A stretch of DNA of 47,811 bases from Chiloscyllium plagiosum (taxonomy: Eukaryota), in contig NC_057750.1 in assembly GCF_004010195.1 (NCBI RefSeq), positions 19,260,229 through 19,308,039 of the forward strand. Reading direction: 5' to 3'. The notes beneath the pieces were generated by a model. That model saw only the letters and a program-made list of their open reading frames with translations, ran no database searches and had not been told where the DNA came from. Positions 11,493-22,030 of the stretch are shown one piece after another. The position numbers and the translations under genes were made by a program. Every line of letters starts with the position of its first letter. Position 1 is the stretch's first letter.

Positions 11493-11758
11493 GCAAAAGT
11501 GAGGACTGCAGATGCTGGAAACCAGAGTTTAGATCAGAGTGGTGCTGGAAAAGCACAGCAGGTCAGGCAGTATCCGAGTGAAGTGTTCCGAGGCGGAAGA
11601 TGAAGAGCTTCAAGGCAGAGGAGATGACCTGGGGGTTGCAGTGAGAGAGAGACTCACTGAGATTCACCTGGGGGTTGCAGTGAGAGAGAGACTCACTGAG
11701 ATTCTTGTGGAGAGAAGAGGAGAACTTCTCCAAGGTAGGCATCCTAGCAAGATTTGCC
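11493..11758 (-). mobile_element. Internally deleted PLE derivative with a 39-bp tandem duplication
   Basis: pLTR end (AAAGTGAGGACTGCAGATGCTGG...AGCACAGCAGGTCAGGCAG). Minus-strand mini-ORF 11563..11742 MPTLEKFSSSL...ISSALKLF-IFRLGTL. 14-bp TSD CTGGGTTGGATTTG at 11479-11492 and 11759-11772. Confidence 0.82.
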
Positions 11759-12255
11759 CTGGGTTGGATTTGCCATGCTTTTTATGTAGAGGACTCTGCT
11801 CCCACTACCTTTTCAGATCCAAATACTCATGACCCTCTACGAGAAAATATTTTGATTTGCTGCTTTTAATGATTGACACCTTAATTTTAAACAGAGACTG
11901 CAGTTATAGATTCTCCCATAACAGGAAACATCCACTCCATATCCGTCCTTTCAAGACCCCTTAGCATTTTATATCCTCTCTTACTATTAACTTTTTAACT
12001 GCAATCGCTCCAAGCCTAATCCTTTCTCACAAGACAACCCGTCCATTTCAAGTATTAGTCTAGTAAACCTTCTCTGAACTGCCCATCTTAAATTAGGTGA
12101 CCAATACTGCACATGGTACTCCAGATCTGCTCTCACCAGTATCTTGTGTAATCTCCTTACTGTTGTGCTCAATTCTCAATGCCATAAACAGAGAAATTCT
12201 AACTTCATGTTGTATCAGCACAGTAATCTTTGGGATTGCTGGGCAAGGATAAAAC

Positions 12256-12299
12256 TTTAATTTAAGTTTTAAATTTTAAGTTTTAAGTTTTAATTTAAG
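12256..12299. repeat. Imperfect (TTTTAAG)n microsatellite
   Basis: tttaatttaagttttaaattttaagttttaagttttaatttaag. Confidence 0.8.
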
Positions 12300-13483
12300 A
12301 AAAGAGGATAAACCAGTGGGATTAGTTCAGGTAGGGAAGGAAATCCCAAAAGAAGTTGAGGAGCTGCAGGAGAGTGAACAGCCTAGTCATAGGCAGGATA
12401 GTAAGATAGCACCTGATCTTTTCAAAGACTTCACCTGTGTGGGTAAGATTTACTCAGGCAGAATGTGCAGATTGGTAAAGACGTCAAAATATTGAGAGAT
12501 ACGGGAGTTAGTCAGGCACAGCAGTTCAGGCAGCATCCGACTCGAATCAGGAGGAAGTGTTAACTTCTGAATGATAAATGGAGTTACAACAAAAAGATAA
12601 GATGATAAAGAATTTATATCACAAAGCCTACTCAGAAAAAGAATCAGAGTGTACTCCTGAATGTTATTACCTTAAGGATAACGTGTTAAAGCAGAAATGG
12701 AAACAGTGGCAGGTTAGTGCAGATGAGAAATGGGCAGAAGTTCATCAGATTGTGTTGCCGGTAGTACACAGACAGAAGGCATTGCAGATAGCACACTAAT
12801 TTCCTGGAAGAGATAATCTAGAAATGAGGAAGACACAGGCTAAGACACAGAAGCATTTTCATTGGCCTGGATTGCTTAAAGATGTGGTTGAATTTTGCCA
12901 TAGCTGTCCAATGTGTCAGATGGGTTGGAAAGCCACAGGCAGTGATAAAAACCAGTGCCTTCGATGCCAATACCTGCATTTGAAGAACCTTTTACACGGG
13001 TTACAATTGATTGTGTAGGTCCCCTCCCTAAAACCAAGAGTGGGAACCAGTATTTGCTAACCATAATGGATGTGTCTACCAAGTTTCTGAAGGCAACTCC
13101 ATCATGGAATGTAAAGGGGAAACAGATTGTGGAGGAGCTGCGTGCTCTCTTTACCCGTTATGGACAACCCAGGGAGATTCAGTCAGACCAAGGGCCCATT
13201 TTACTGCCAAGTTATTTAAAAATGTCATGGATAGTTTTGGTATCCAACACTTTACATCAAGTGTGTACCATCCTGAATCCCATGAAACATTGGAAAGGTG
13301 GCATCAGACCCTAAAGACTATGTTGAGGATTTATTACCAGGATTAACCAAATGCGTGGGATAAAGATATCCCATTTATACTATTTGCTATTACAGATGCT
13401 CCAAATGAATCGACTCAGTTTACTCGCTCTGAATTGGTATTCGGACATGAAGTAATAGGGCCTTTAAAATTAATTAAGGAAAA

Positions 13484-13651
13484 AGGCTTATGCCCGAAAC
13501 ATCAATTCTCCTGGTCCGCTTTTCCAGCAACACATTTTTCAGCTCTGATCTCCAGTCCTCACTTTCTCCCACACAGACAGTTGCCCAAGGCAGGAATTGA
13601 ACCTGGGTCCCTGTCTCTATGAGGCAGCAGTGCTAACCACTGAGCCACCAT
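13484..13651. mobile_element. PLE pLTR fragment (+, 13484-13570) fused to an HE1 SINE 5' fragment (-, 13570-13651), inside the Gypsy integrase
   Basis: GGCTTATGCCCGAAACATC...CAGCAACACATTTTTCAGCTCTGATCTCC matches the 10764-10956 family; GGAATTGAACC...GAGGCAGCAGTGCTAACCACTGAGCCACC is a reverse tRNA head. Confidence 0.85.
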
Positions 13652-14474
13652 GTTCTGATGTGAGAGAACAATTAAACAGAGTCGGTGAATTAGCTAGAAA
13701 ACATTTGAAGGTGACACACACCGAATGAAGCACGAAGTCGATAAGAAATCTAAAATTCATATGTTTGCCCAGAGGGATAAAGTATTGGTGCTGTTACCAG
13801 TGGTGGGAGATCCCTTCAAAGCAAGGTTTAGTGGTCCCTATCAGATTGAGAAGAAGTTAAGTCAGGTAAATTATTTGGTAAAGATGCCAGATAGGAAAAA
13901 AAATGTATCAAGTATGTCATGTGAAAATGCTGAAACAGTACTATGACCGGGAAAGGGAACCAGAGAAAAAGGCATTAGTTACTGCCACTCAGTGAGGAAT
14001 CAAATCCAGATGACTTGGATTTTGATTTGCCTTAGAATAAATTGAACAATAAGGAAGTCTTTAAGAACTGGGATAGGGTAGTGAGCTATCTATCTCAGGA
14101 GCAGAGAACTGAATTTAAAGACTTGTTACAGTGCTATAAAGACCTACGTAGAAATAGAATGGAAAGGACTAAAGGCATAGTGCATGAGGATATTTTATCG
14201 GGATTTTCCAGTAAAACTACACTCCTGCAGACTTAACCCTGTCAAAGCAGTGCAGGTTCAGAAGGAAGTGGAAGCGATGTTCCAAGAAGGCGTCATAGAG
14301 ACGAGTCAAAGTGAGTTAAGGTCACTGATCATGATGGTCCCCAAACCTGATACTCAATGATTCTGCGTGGATTATCCAAAGATGAATGCTGTGACCAAAT
14401 CTGACTCATCCCCAGTTCCAAGGCTGGAGGACTGTGTGGAAAAAATAGGACAAGCCATTTACCTCACCAAGTTG

Positions 14475-14588
14475 TGATGTGGAGGAGCCGGTGTTGGACT
14501 GGGGTGGACAAAGTTAAAAATCACATAACACCAGGATATAGACCAACAGGTTTATTTGGACGCATAAGCTTTTGGAGCACTTGTGCAA
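14475..14588 (-). mobile_element. Neptune-type PLE terminal fragment inside the Gypsy RT
   Basis: TGATGTGGAGGAGCCGGTGTTGGACTGGGGTGGACAAAGTTAAAAATCACA matches 8078-8130. TSD TCAC(C/A)AAGTTG at 14464-14474 and 14589-14599. Confidence 0.85.
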
Positions 14589-14812
14589 TCACAAAGTTGG
14601 ACTAACTTTGCAGTTACTGGCAAGTACCTTTGTTGGAGAGAGCAAGAGAACTTGTTGCTTTTGTAACCCCGAATGGGTGATATCAATTTAAGGTTGTGCC
14701 CTCTGGAATGAAATATGCACCAGCCACTTTTCAAAGGCTTATGATCTGAGTTACAGGATTGACTCATTGTGCCATCTATATATAGATGACTTAGTGATCT
14801 TTAGCCATTTGT

Positions 14813-15073
14813 GGGTGGCATGGTGGCACAGTGGTTAGCACTGCTGCCTTACAGCACCAGAGACCTGGGTTCAATTCCCACCTCAGGCGACTGACTATGT
14901 GCAGTTTGCACATTCTCCCTGTGTCTGCGTGGGTTTTCTCCTACAGTCCAAAAATGTGCTGGTTAGGTGAATTGGCCATGCCAAATTGCCTATAGTGTTA
15001 GGTGTAGGAGAATGGGTCAGTGTGGACTTGTTGGGCCGAAGAACCTGTTTCTACTACTGTAAGTAATCTGATC
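14813..15073 (+). mobile_element. HE1-type V-SINE inside the Gypsy RT
   Basis: GGTGGCACAGTGGTTAGCACTGCTGCC...GGTTCAATTCC, V core, tail GTAAGTAATCTGATC. Confidence 0.92.
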
Positions 15074-16849
15074 AAATAACTTATGGAAATACCCCATGAA
15101 ACATTTGGCAGAGCTCTTTGATAGACTATGGAAGGCAAAGTTGGTCATAAACTTGGCAAAAACAGAATTTGCGAAGGTGGAGGTGACATTCTTAGTGCAC
15201 AACATCGCATGGGGATGGATGACACGGAGGAATGTGAAGATGAAGGCCATCGAGGAATTCCTGAGACAATCCTCGAAGAAGGAAGTGCTATGATTTTTAG
15301 GATTGAGTGGATTCTACAGGAAATTTGTACCAAACTTTGGTGGCACCATTGATTGATATGTTAAAAAAGAACATGAAATTTCGGTGCACAGAACAATGCC
15401 AATAGGACTTGAGAATTTAAAAGCAGAATCAACCACTGTACCAGTTTTAGACAAGCCACATCTTTTAAAAACCCTTCAAAGTTGCCATTGACACAAATGA
15501 TGTAAGTGTTGGAACGGATTTGTTACAGGATGATGATTGTCGAATTGAAAGTCTGATCAATTATTTTTCAAAAAAACGCAATATCACCAGAACAAAAATT
15601 CAACCATTGAAAAAGTGTTTTTGAGTTTGGTAATGGCCCTTACAATATTTTAATGTTTATGTTGCAAACAATGCGTCAGTGACAATTGTGTCTACCAACC
15701 ACAATTCTTTGACATTTCTGAAAAATCTAAGGACAAGCACATCAGATTGTTTCATTGGAGCCTCAAGTTACAATCATTTAATTTACACATTGTACGTGTT
15801 ATGAAAGCTTTATCACGAGTTTACAAAAAAAGTGCAAAATAGAAATGGTAGTGTTCAATGTTACATATATCGAGAATTAGTATAAAATGTGTAACTGTAG
15901 ATTAATGTGCTATTGTTCTAGTAGTATGATGGAGTTAAGGCTTTGAAAGGAAAAGAATGAAATCAACTTTTCATAATAATGGTTCATTTCTTTCTTCGAG
16001 GATGAGATACAATTCTTTGGGTATTTTGATTTTATTTCTCAGAGCGGGGTTAACCTCCGCTTTATAACAGACCAAGAAGGTGGCAAGTCAGAAAAAAGAA
16101 CCCTTGCTGTTTCACAATGAGTATCACAACCATAGCGAGTGCACACAAGACACAACTATACTGGGGAGATCAGGAGCCGTAGAAGTAATTTATACTGAGT
16201 TTGCAACACTGGAAATATTGCAAAACAGCATTAAGAAAACAAATAAGATGAGTTAAAAGCAAAGTGGAGTGAAAACGATAGCTTGAATATGTTTGAGATT
16301 GTGATAAGTGTAGGAGATGCATTATTTTAACCACAGTTCTGGTAGGAAGGATTTAACATTGCAGGCCGAAAGGTTTATTTGGGGAAGTTCTGAATAGGAC
16401 ATTATGTATCAGGCTGTGAAAAGTAGGAAGTGTCCATTTTTCCTGCAGAGGGTGGGAAACTTCCATTTTGATCACAAACAGGAATGAAAATTTCCATTAG
16501 GTACTATTCATATTTAATCGAATTAAAGCTTTTAAAGAACAGAGACGGGTGCAATCCTGCATCACTTAAAAGCTTTAGGTCAAGAAAAATAAAACAATAT
16601 TGCCATTTATAGAAGTAAAAGTCACCAAAGCTAAGAGATTATAGTAACATGGAGATACAATAAAAATGATCAATTCTGATTTAATAAAAATTATAAATCA
16701 CACCAGGAAGACATGGCATGAGAAACAAGACTAGCTACAAGATTTAATAAACAAAGGTGAATCAAATAGAGTGGACACTTGGAGAAAACTGTTTTTAAGA
16801 TGTGTATTTCCTTCAAAATTACATGCTAAACCACAAGCTGAACAAGTAA

Positions 16850-18835
16850 ATACACCACTATTGAGCACTTTAAATCGGTATTCACCAAGAAAAAGGCATT
16901 GGATGATGGTGAGTTTAGACAGGGGTTTGTCGATTGTCTAAGGCATGTCAATGTTAAACAGGAAGTAGTGTTGGGTGTCTTGAAAAGCATTATGGTAGAC
17001 AAATCCCTAGGACCTGATAAGATACTGAAGGAAATAAGGGAGGAAATTAGAATCATAAGATCATAGAATTACTAGAGTGCAGAAAGAGGACATTTGATCC
17101 ATTGAGACTCATTGACTCTCCCATCCAATGCTGAATCTTTATATGCTTTTTTGGAATCCCAGAATCCCTCCAGTAAGGAAAAATGCTGTTCAGCCCATCG
17201 AGTCTGTACTGAGCCTCCAAAGAGCAACCACCCAAACCCTGCCCCCTACCTGATCTCCATCTACCATGGCTAATCCACCCATCCTACACATCCCGAGACA
17301 TTGCTGTCAATTTAGCATGGCCACACCATCTAACTTGCATATCTTTGGATTGTGGGAGGAAACTGGAGCACTGGAGGAAACCCACGGAGACCTGCGGAGA
17401 ACGTACAAACTCCACACTGATAGTTGCACAAGGCTAACCACTGAGCCATTGTGCTGTCCATTAGTCATAAGCGAGGTCCCAGAGGACTGGGGAATAACCA
17501 ATATTGTTCCTCTGTTCAGGAAGAGACACAGGGATAGTTCAGGAAATCACAACCCAGTGAACCTTACATCAGTGCTAGGGAAATTATTGGAGAAGGTGCT
17601 TAGGGTCAGAAATTGGAGAAATTGCATGTGAAGAAGAATGGACATAGCAGGCATAGTCAGCAAGGCTTAATGCAGGGGAAGATTTGTCTCACAAATGTGA
17701 TTGCATTTTCTGAGGAAGTGATGAAGGTAAGGCAGTAAATGTTGTCTACATAGACTTTATTAAAACATTTGACAAGGTCCCTCATGGTCCATAAGGTGGC
17801 CAGAAGATCAAATCATACGGAATCCAGAGTGAGTTGGCAAGTTGGATATAAAATTGGCTTAGCCACAAAAGACAGAGGGTACTTATGGAGGGTTGATTTT
17901 CTGACTGGAGGCCTGTGACCATTGGTACATACAAGGATCAGTACTGAGACTTCTGTTGTTTGTAATAGTTACATTAATAATTTGAATGAAAATGTGGGTT
18001 GTCTGATTAGCAAGCTTGGATATGCAAGCAAGAAGGATTTCAAAAGATGCAGCAGGTTATAGGTTAGCTAGAAAGTTCAGTGGAGAATTGATGGAATGTA
18101 ATCCAGACAAATGCATCCAGACGTGATGCATTTTGGGAGGTCAAATGCAGGAGGAAAGTATACAGTAAATGGCAGGACCGTTAGGAGCATTGGTATCCAG
18201 AGGGATTTGGGGTTGAAATCCATGAGGTATACAGCATACTGATGCTTCATCAGTCAGGGCATTGAGTATAAAAGTTGTAAAAGACTTTGTTCGGGCCACA
18301 TTTGGAGTATTGTGTGCAGTTCTTATAGGAAGGACATGGAGGCTTTGGAGAGGGTGCAGAACAGGTTTACCAGGATGTGGCCTGGATTGGAGTATATTAG
18401 ATATAAGGAAAGGTTTGACAGCTTGGATTAATTTCGGTAGAGTGACAGAGGCTGAGTTACGACCTGAATTAAGTATAGAAGAATGAGGAGAGGCATGGAT
18501 AGCATGGATTGTCGGAGTCTCTTTTCTAGGGTGGAAATGTCAACTGCTAGGAGGCATAAGTTTAAGGTGAGAGGGGAAATTTAAAGGAGGTGTGCAAGGA
18601 GAGTTTTTTTATACAGAGGGTAATAAGTGCCCAAATGCATTGCCGGGGAGATGGTAGAAGCAGATTTGACAGCAAAGTTTTGGAAGCATTCAGACACACA
18701 AGTGAACAAGCAGAGAATAGAGGGATATGGACCATGTGCAGCCAGATGGGATTAGTTTAGAATAGCATCAAAGTTGGCACAAACATGGTAGGCTGACAGG
18801 GCTTTTTCTGTGCTCTACTGTTCTTTGTTCTTTGT
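16850..18835 (+). mobile_element. Decayed CR1 LINE RT and 3' end, interrupted by reverse-oriented CR1-tail and SINE pieces at 17050-17459
   Basis: EVPEDWGITNIVPLFRK...GNHNPVNLTSVLGKLLEK; DF.KTFDKVPH; CR1 3' UTR and tail tgttctttgttcttt. Confidence 0.85.
17157..17459 (-). mobile_element. HE1-type V-SINE with a deletion in the head
   Basis: Reverse V core TGTGGGAGGAAACTGGAGCACTGGAGGAAACCCACG and head end GCTAACCACTGAGCCATTGTGCTG; B-box region missing. Confidence 0.88.
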
Positions 18836-19149
18836 GAATGGACACCTTATTCATTTTAAGCTTGTTACTAGGTCAAGTGCCACTACCATATCGATTGAAT
18901 ACTTTGGCTGTGAACATTAGAATCTATAAAGATGAAACTATATGGTCCAGGTCACACAACTCTCAAGGTCAGAAGTCTGTTGCAAGCAACACTAACAGCA
19001 GAAGAGAATTCAGAATTGGCACTTAATTTATATTCAACACTTCTCATTTTTGAGTTTGCATGCATGTCTTGATCTCAACATTCTTGAGGTAGCAGAAAGT
19101 GTTGAATTAGATCCAAAAGACAGGAGCAGGGCAACAAACATCAAGTTAT

Positions 19150-20550
19150 GCCAAGTCAGTTCAACAAGAATCCAGTCTGGGAACAACTGGTCTCGAACAA
19201 AGTGTTGTTATCCCGTTGATTAAGGTAGAATATTTTATTGGATTTCCTAGATTCATGGCAGAACACAAAATGAAGAAGGAATCTATTACAGTTTCCTACG
19301 GTATAAGGGAATTGTTTCATACTTTCAACAGGAAAGAAATCTGTGGCTATACAGAACTGGTAGAAATGGCTTCCATTCCTAACAGAACTGAAGAAATTTC
19401 AGTTTACAGAAATCGACAAAGATTGCAAGCAGAAGCAAATAATGACATCAAGCAATACCACCTACTTGAACTCATTAAGAAATTATTAGCTGAAGTCATT
19501 TGGATGCAAAAATTATTTGCAGAACAGAGATTAAAGCAGAATTGAATCTGATATTAGATCATGAGATGCCACAGGTTCAAGAGTCATGAGATGCCACAGG
19601 TTCAAGAGGAATATTTACATTCTTCGTCATCCAGAGCATACCCCTCACTACCGGTGACAGAAACAATGTCAGGGAAGCAGCAATACTCCACACTGAAGAA
19701 AGGAAAATGTCTGATGCATCAGTACAATACCAGACAGTGCAAAGGAAGACATCTAACCTAATCATAGACTTGAAGTAAAGAGCTTACAAAGTTCAACACA
19801 GATCTAACTGCAGATTGAGCATCAAGAGTTCCTTGGACAAAAGGAAGATGAACCGCATATGAATTGTGGAAGGCAGACCAACCTCAGCAGATTCACGATG
19901 AGGGTAAAGTGATAAAATTGTCTGGCTTAGAAACTCAGGATATTGAAAAGAAGAAAGTGTATGTTTGCACCAAGCAACCTTCTTTCACAATAGAAATTCA
20001 TGAGAGTAAAGAACCCTATATGTTGTTATGCGGCAAATACCTCATGCATCAGGGAAGTTTTGCATTGCAAAAGACATTCAGAAGATTAAAGGCTTTCGAG
20101 ATAAGTTAATGGATCAATTACATGGTCAACAAGAATGATACCCTCTGCAAAGGCCTTCAGGAGATAAATTGTCCTCCAACAAAAAGATAGAAAATAGGTC
20201 ATGTAAGAACAACATTTAAATCATCGCCATTTGCTCTTTGTCAAGGTCAGAGCAAAGGTCAACTGGCCCAACACCAAAGATCTACCAATTTTCCTAATTC
20301 CAAATAATCCATTTGGGAGGAAAATGGAGAAGTGGTCAATGTAACGATATTCATTAACCTACAAATGCCATCTATGGAGAAAAATCTAGAGAGATATGTT
20401 TCTAAATTAATGATTCTGAAAGAGTTTATTCTGCAGGCTGCATTAGGCTCCAACCAATCGAACAAAACAACATTCCCGCAATATGAAAGAAGACCTGTGC
20501 TCCAAACCTTGTCTTGCCACTAGCCGAATGGTTCCAGTACAGCTACAACA
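19150..20550 (+). mobile_element. Very degraded second Ty3/Gypsy gag-pol relic; possible pol tail resumes at about 24690-24760
   Basis: ORF 19216..19545 fits a Gypsy gag pattern (G..ELF.TF...Y.ELV...P.R.E.I..Y...R.Q...I.QY..EL.K). Decayed zinc-knuckle-like KGKC..(x)..RQCKGRH at 19700-19755. L..LKEFILQ at about 20410. TARSG / P.RYEE tail near 24692-24738. No catalytic motif retained. Confidence 0.5.
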
Positions 20551-21277
20551 CTAACACCTGCCCAATACTGTGGTAAATTCTCCCAGTTGTACCAATCTGC
20601 CATGTGGGACTTTATCGAATGCCTTGCTAGAGTCCATATAGACTATATCTACAGCCCTTCCCTCATCAATTATCTTTGTCACCTCTTCAAAAAATTTAAT
20701 CAGGTCGGTGAGATATGATCTTCCCCATTCAAAACCATGTTGCCTGTCACTAACGAGTCCATTTTCTTCCAAATGTGCATACGTCTTGTCCCACAGAATC
20801 TTCTCAAAGAACTTCCCCAGCACAAACATCAGGCTCACTAGCCTATAATTTCCTGGATTATCCTTACTTCCTTTCTTAAACAAGGGAACAACATTGGCTA
20901 ATCTCCAGTCTTCTGGAACCTCGCCTGTGGTCAAAGAGGATGTGAAGATATCTGCTAACTCCCCAACTATTTCTTCCCTTGCCTCTTGCAGTAAGCTGGG
21001 ATAGATCCCTTCCTGGCCCTGGGATTTGTCTACCTTAGTGCAATTTAAGATACCCAAAACTTCCTCCTTCAATATGTTGACATTCTCTAGAGTATTCACA
21101 CACTCATCCCTGACATCAACATCAGCCACGTCCTACTCCTTGGTGAATACCGATGCAAAGTACTCATTAAGGATCTCTCCCACTTCCTCTGGCTCCATGC
21201 ATAACATCCCTCCTTTGTCCTTGAGTGGGCCTGCTCTTTCCTTTGCTATCCCCTTTCATCTAATATATGCATAAAAA

Positions 21278-21650
21278 TGAGGAGGGACACCACTTCAATT
21301 GCGACAACACATCAATCCTAGGACAAGCCAAACAGAGACACACATGAGAATTCCTACCAGAGTGGCATTCCAACATGAAGTCTATCAACAAACACATTGA
21401 CTTGGATCCCATTTACCACCCCTTGAGAAAAAGAACAGGAAATGACATCACAAAAGGAAATAACATCACCAACCCAAGGAAACCTAAAGACATAAATAAA
21501 AAGTGGGCCAATACCACCAGTGCTTCACCGGAGGCTCACTGATGATGTTACCTAGCATGGTGATGAAACATCAGAAAACAAACCTTCCAGCTCAGCAAGC
21601 AAACTTACATCTAGAACCTCAACCTGAGGTACAAATCTTCTCAAAACTCG
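21278..21650 (+). mobile_element. PLE (Penelope/Poseidon-type) 3' fragment with a hammerhead-like motif
   Basis: GIY-YIG C-terminal remnant (GHHF...TSILGQAK.RH..EFL.EWHS...SINKHIDLDPIY), pLTR ending CAAATCTTCTCAAAACTCG. Perfect 13-bp TSD ATATGCATAAAAA at 21265-21277 and 21651-21663. Confidence 0.9.
21536..21575 (+). ncRNA. Minimal hammerhead-like motif in the PLE pLTR (slightly decayed)
   Basis: CUGAUGA-UGUUACC-uagcau-GGUGAU-GAAACAUC. Core boxes intact; palindromic ACGU appears CpG-decayed to ACAU; stem I weak. Confidence 0.6.
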
Positions 21651-22030
21651 ATATGCATAAAAAGTCTTGGTATTCTACTTGACCCTGTTTGTTATTAACA
21701 TTTCATGATCCATTTTAACCTTCCTAATTCCGCAGTTAAGTTCTTGCCCAATTTCTCTATACTCCTCAAGGGCTTCGGCAGTTTGTAGCTGCCTAGACCT
21801 ATTGTATGCTTCTTTTTTTGCTTTGACTAAACTTAGAATTTTCCTTGTCATCCATGGTTCCTGAACCCTGCCATTCCTATCCTTCAGTTTTGCAAGGACA
21901 TGTATGTCCTGCACATTAATCAACTGGTCTTTAAGAGCCTCCCACATGCCAGATGTAGATTTGCCCTCAAATAACTGCTCCCAATCCACATTCCCCAGTT
22001 TCTGTCTAACTTTGGTGTAATTGGGCCTTG

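Larger units (their letters stand above)
7460..11790 (-). mobile_element. CR1/L2-group LINE (RT plus 3' end with TGAA-type tail), host to three PLE insertions
   Basis: ORFs 10914..11249 (AGVP...VLGPTIFSCFINDLP...MFTDDCT) and 11174..11437 (QFGFHQGHSAPDL...ALDI). 3' tail ttatttattcattcattt on + strand at about 7460. Confidence 0.85.
12300..16010 (+). mobile_element. Gmr1-type Ty3/Gypsy LTR retrotransposon internal region, pseudogenised; order protease-integrase-RT-RNase H
   Basis: Protease VKILRDTGVSQ at 12483-12515. Integrase zinc finger (QIAH...HFHWPGL.KDVVEFCHSCPMCQ), core PFTRVTIDCVGPLPKTKSGNQYLLTIMD, SDQG, YHPES...LERWHQTLK and GPY/F motif ARFSGPYQI (12780-13950). RT RLNPVKA.QVQKEV at about 14230, PVPRLEDCVEKIG, YIDDL at 14779-14793, LAKTEF...VTFL.H. 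RNase H PFKVAIDT.DV.VG at about 15473. Many stops and frameshifts. Confidence 0.92.

Noticed and set aside
12955..13314. Domesticated integrase gene
   Set aside because: Frameshifts, stops and nested insertions within a full PR-IN-RT-RH relic.
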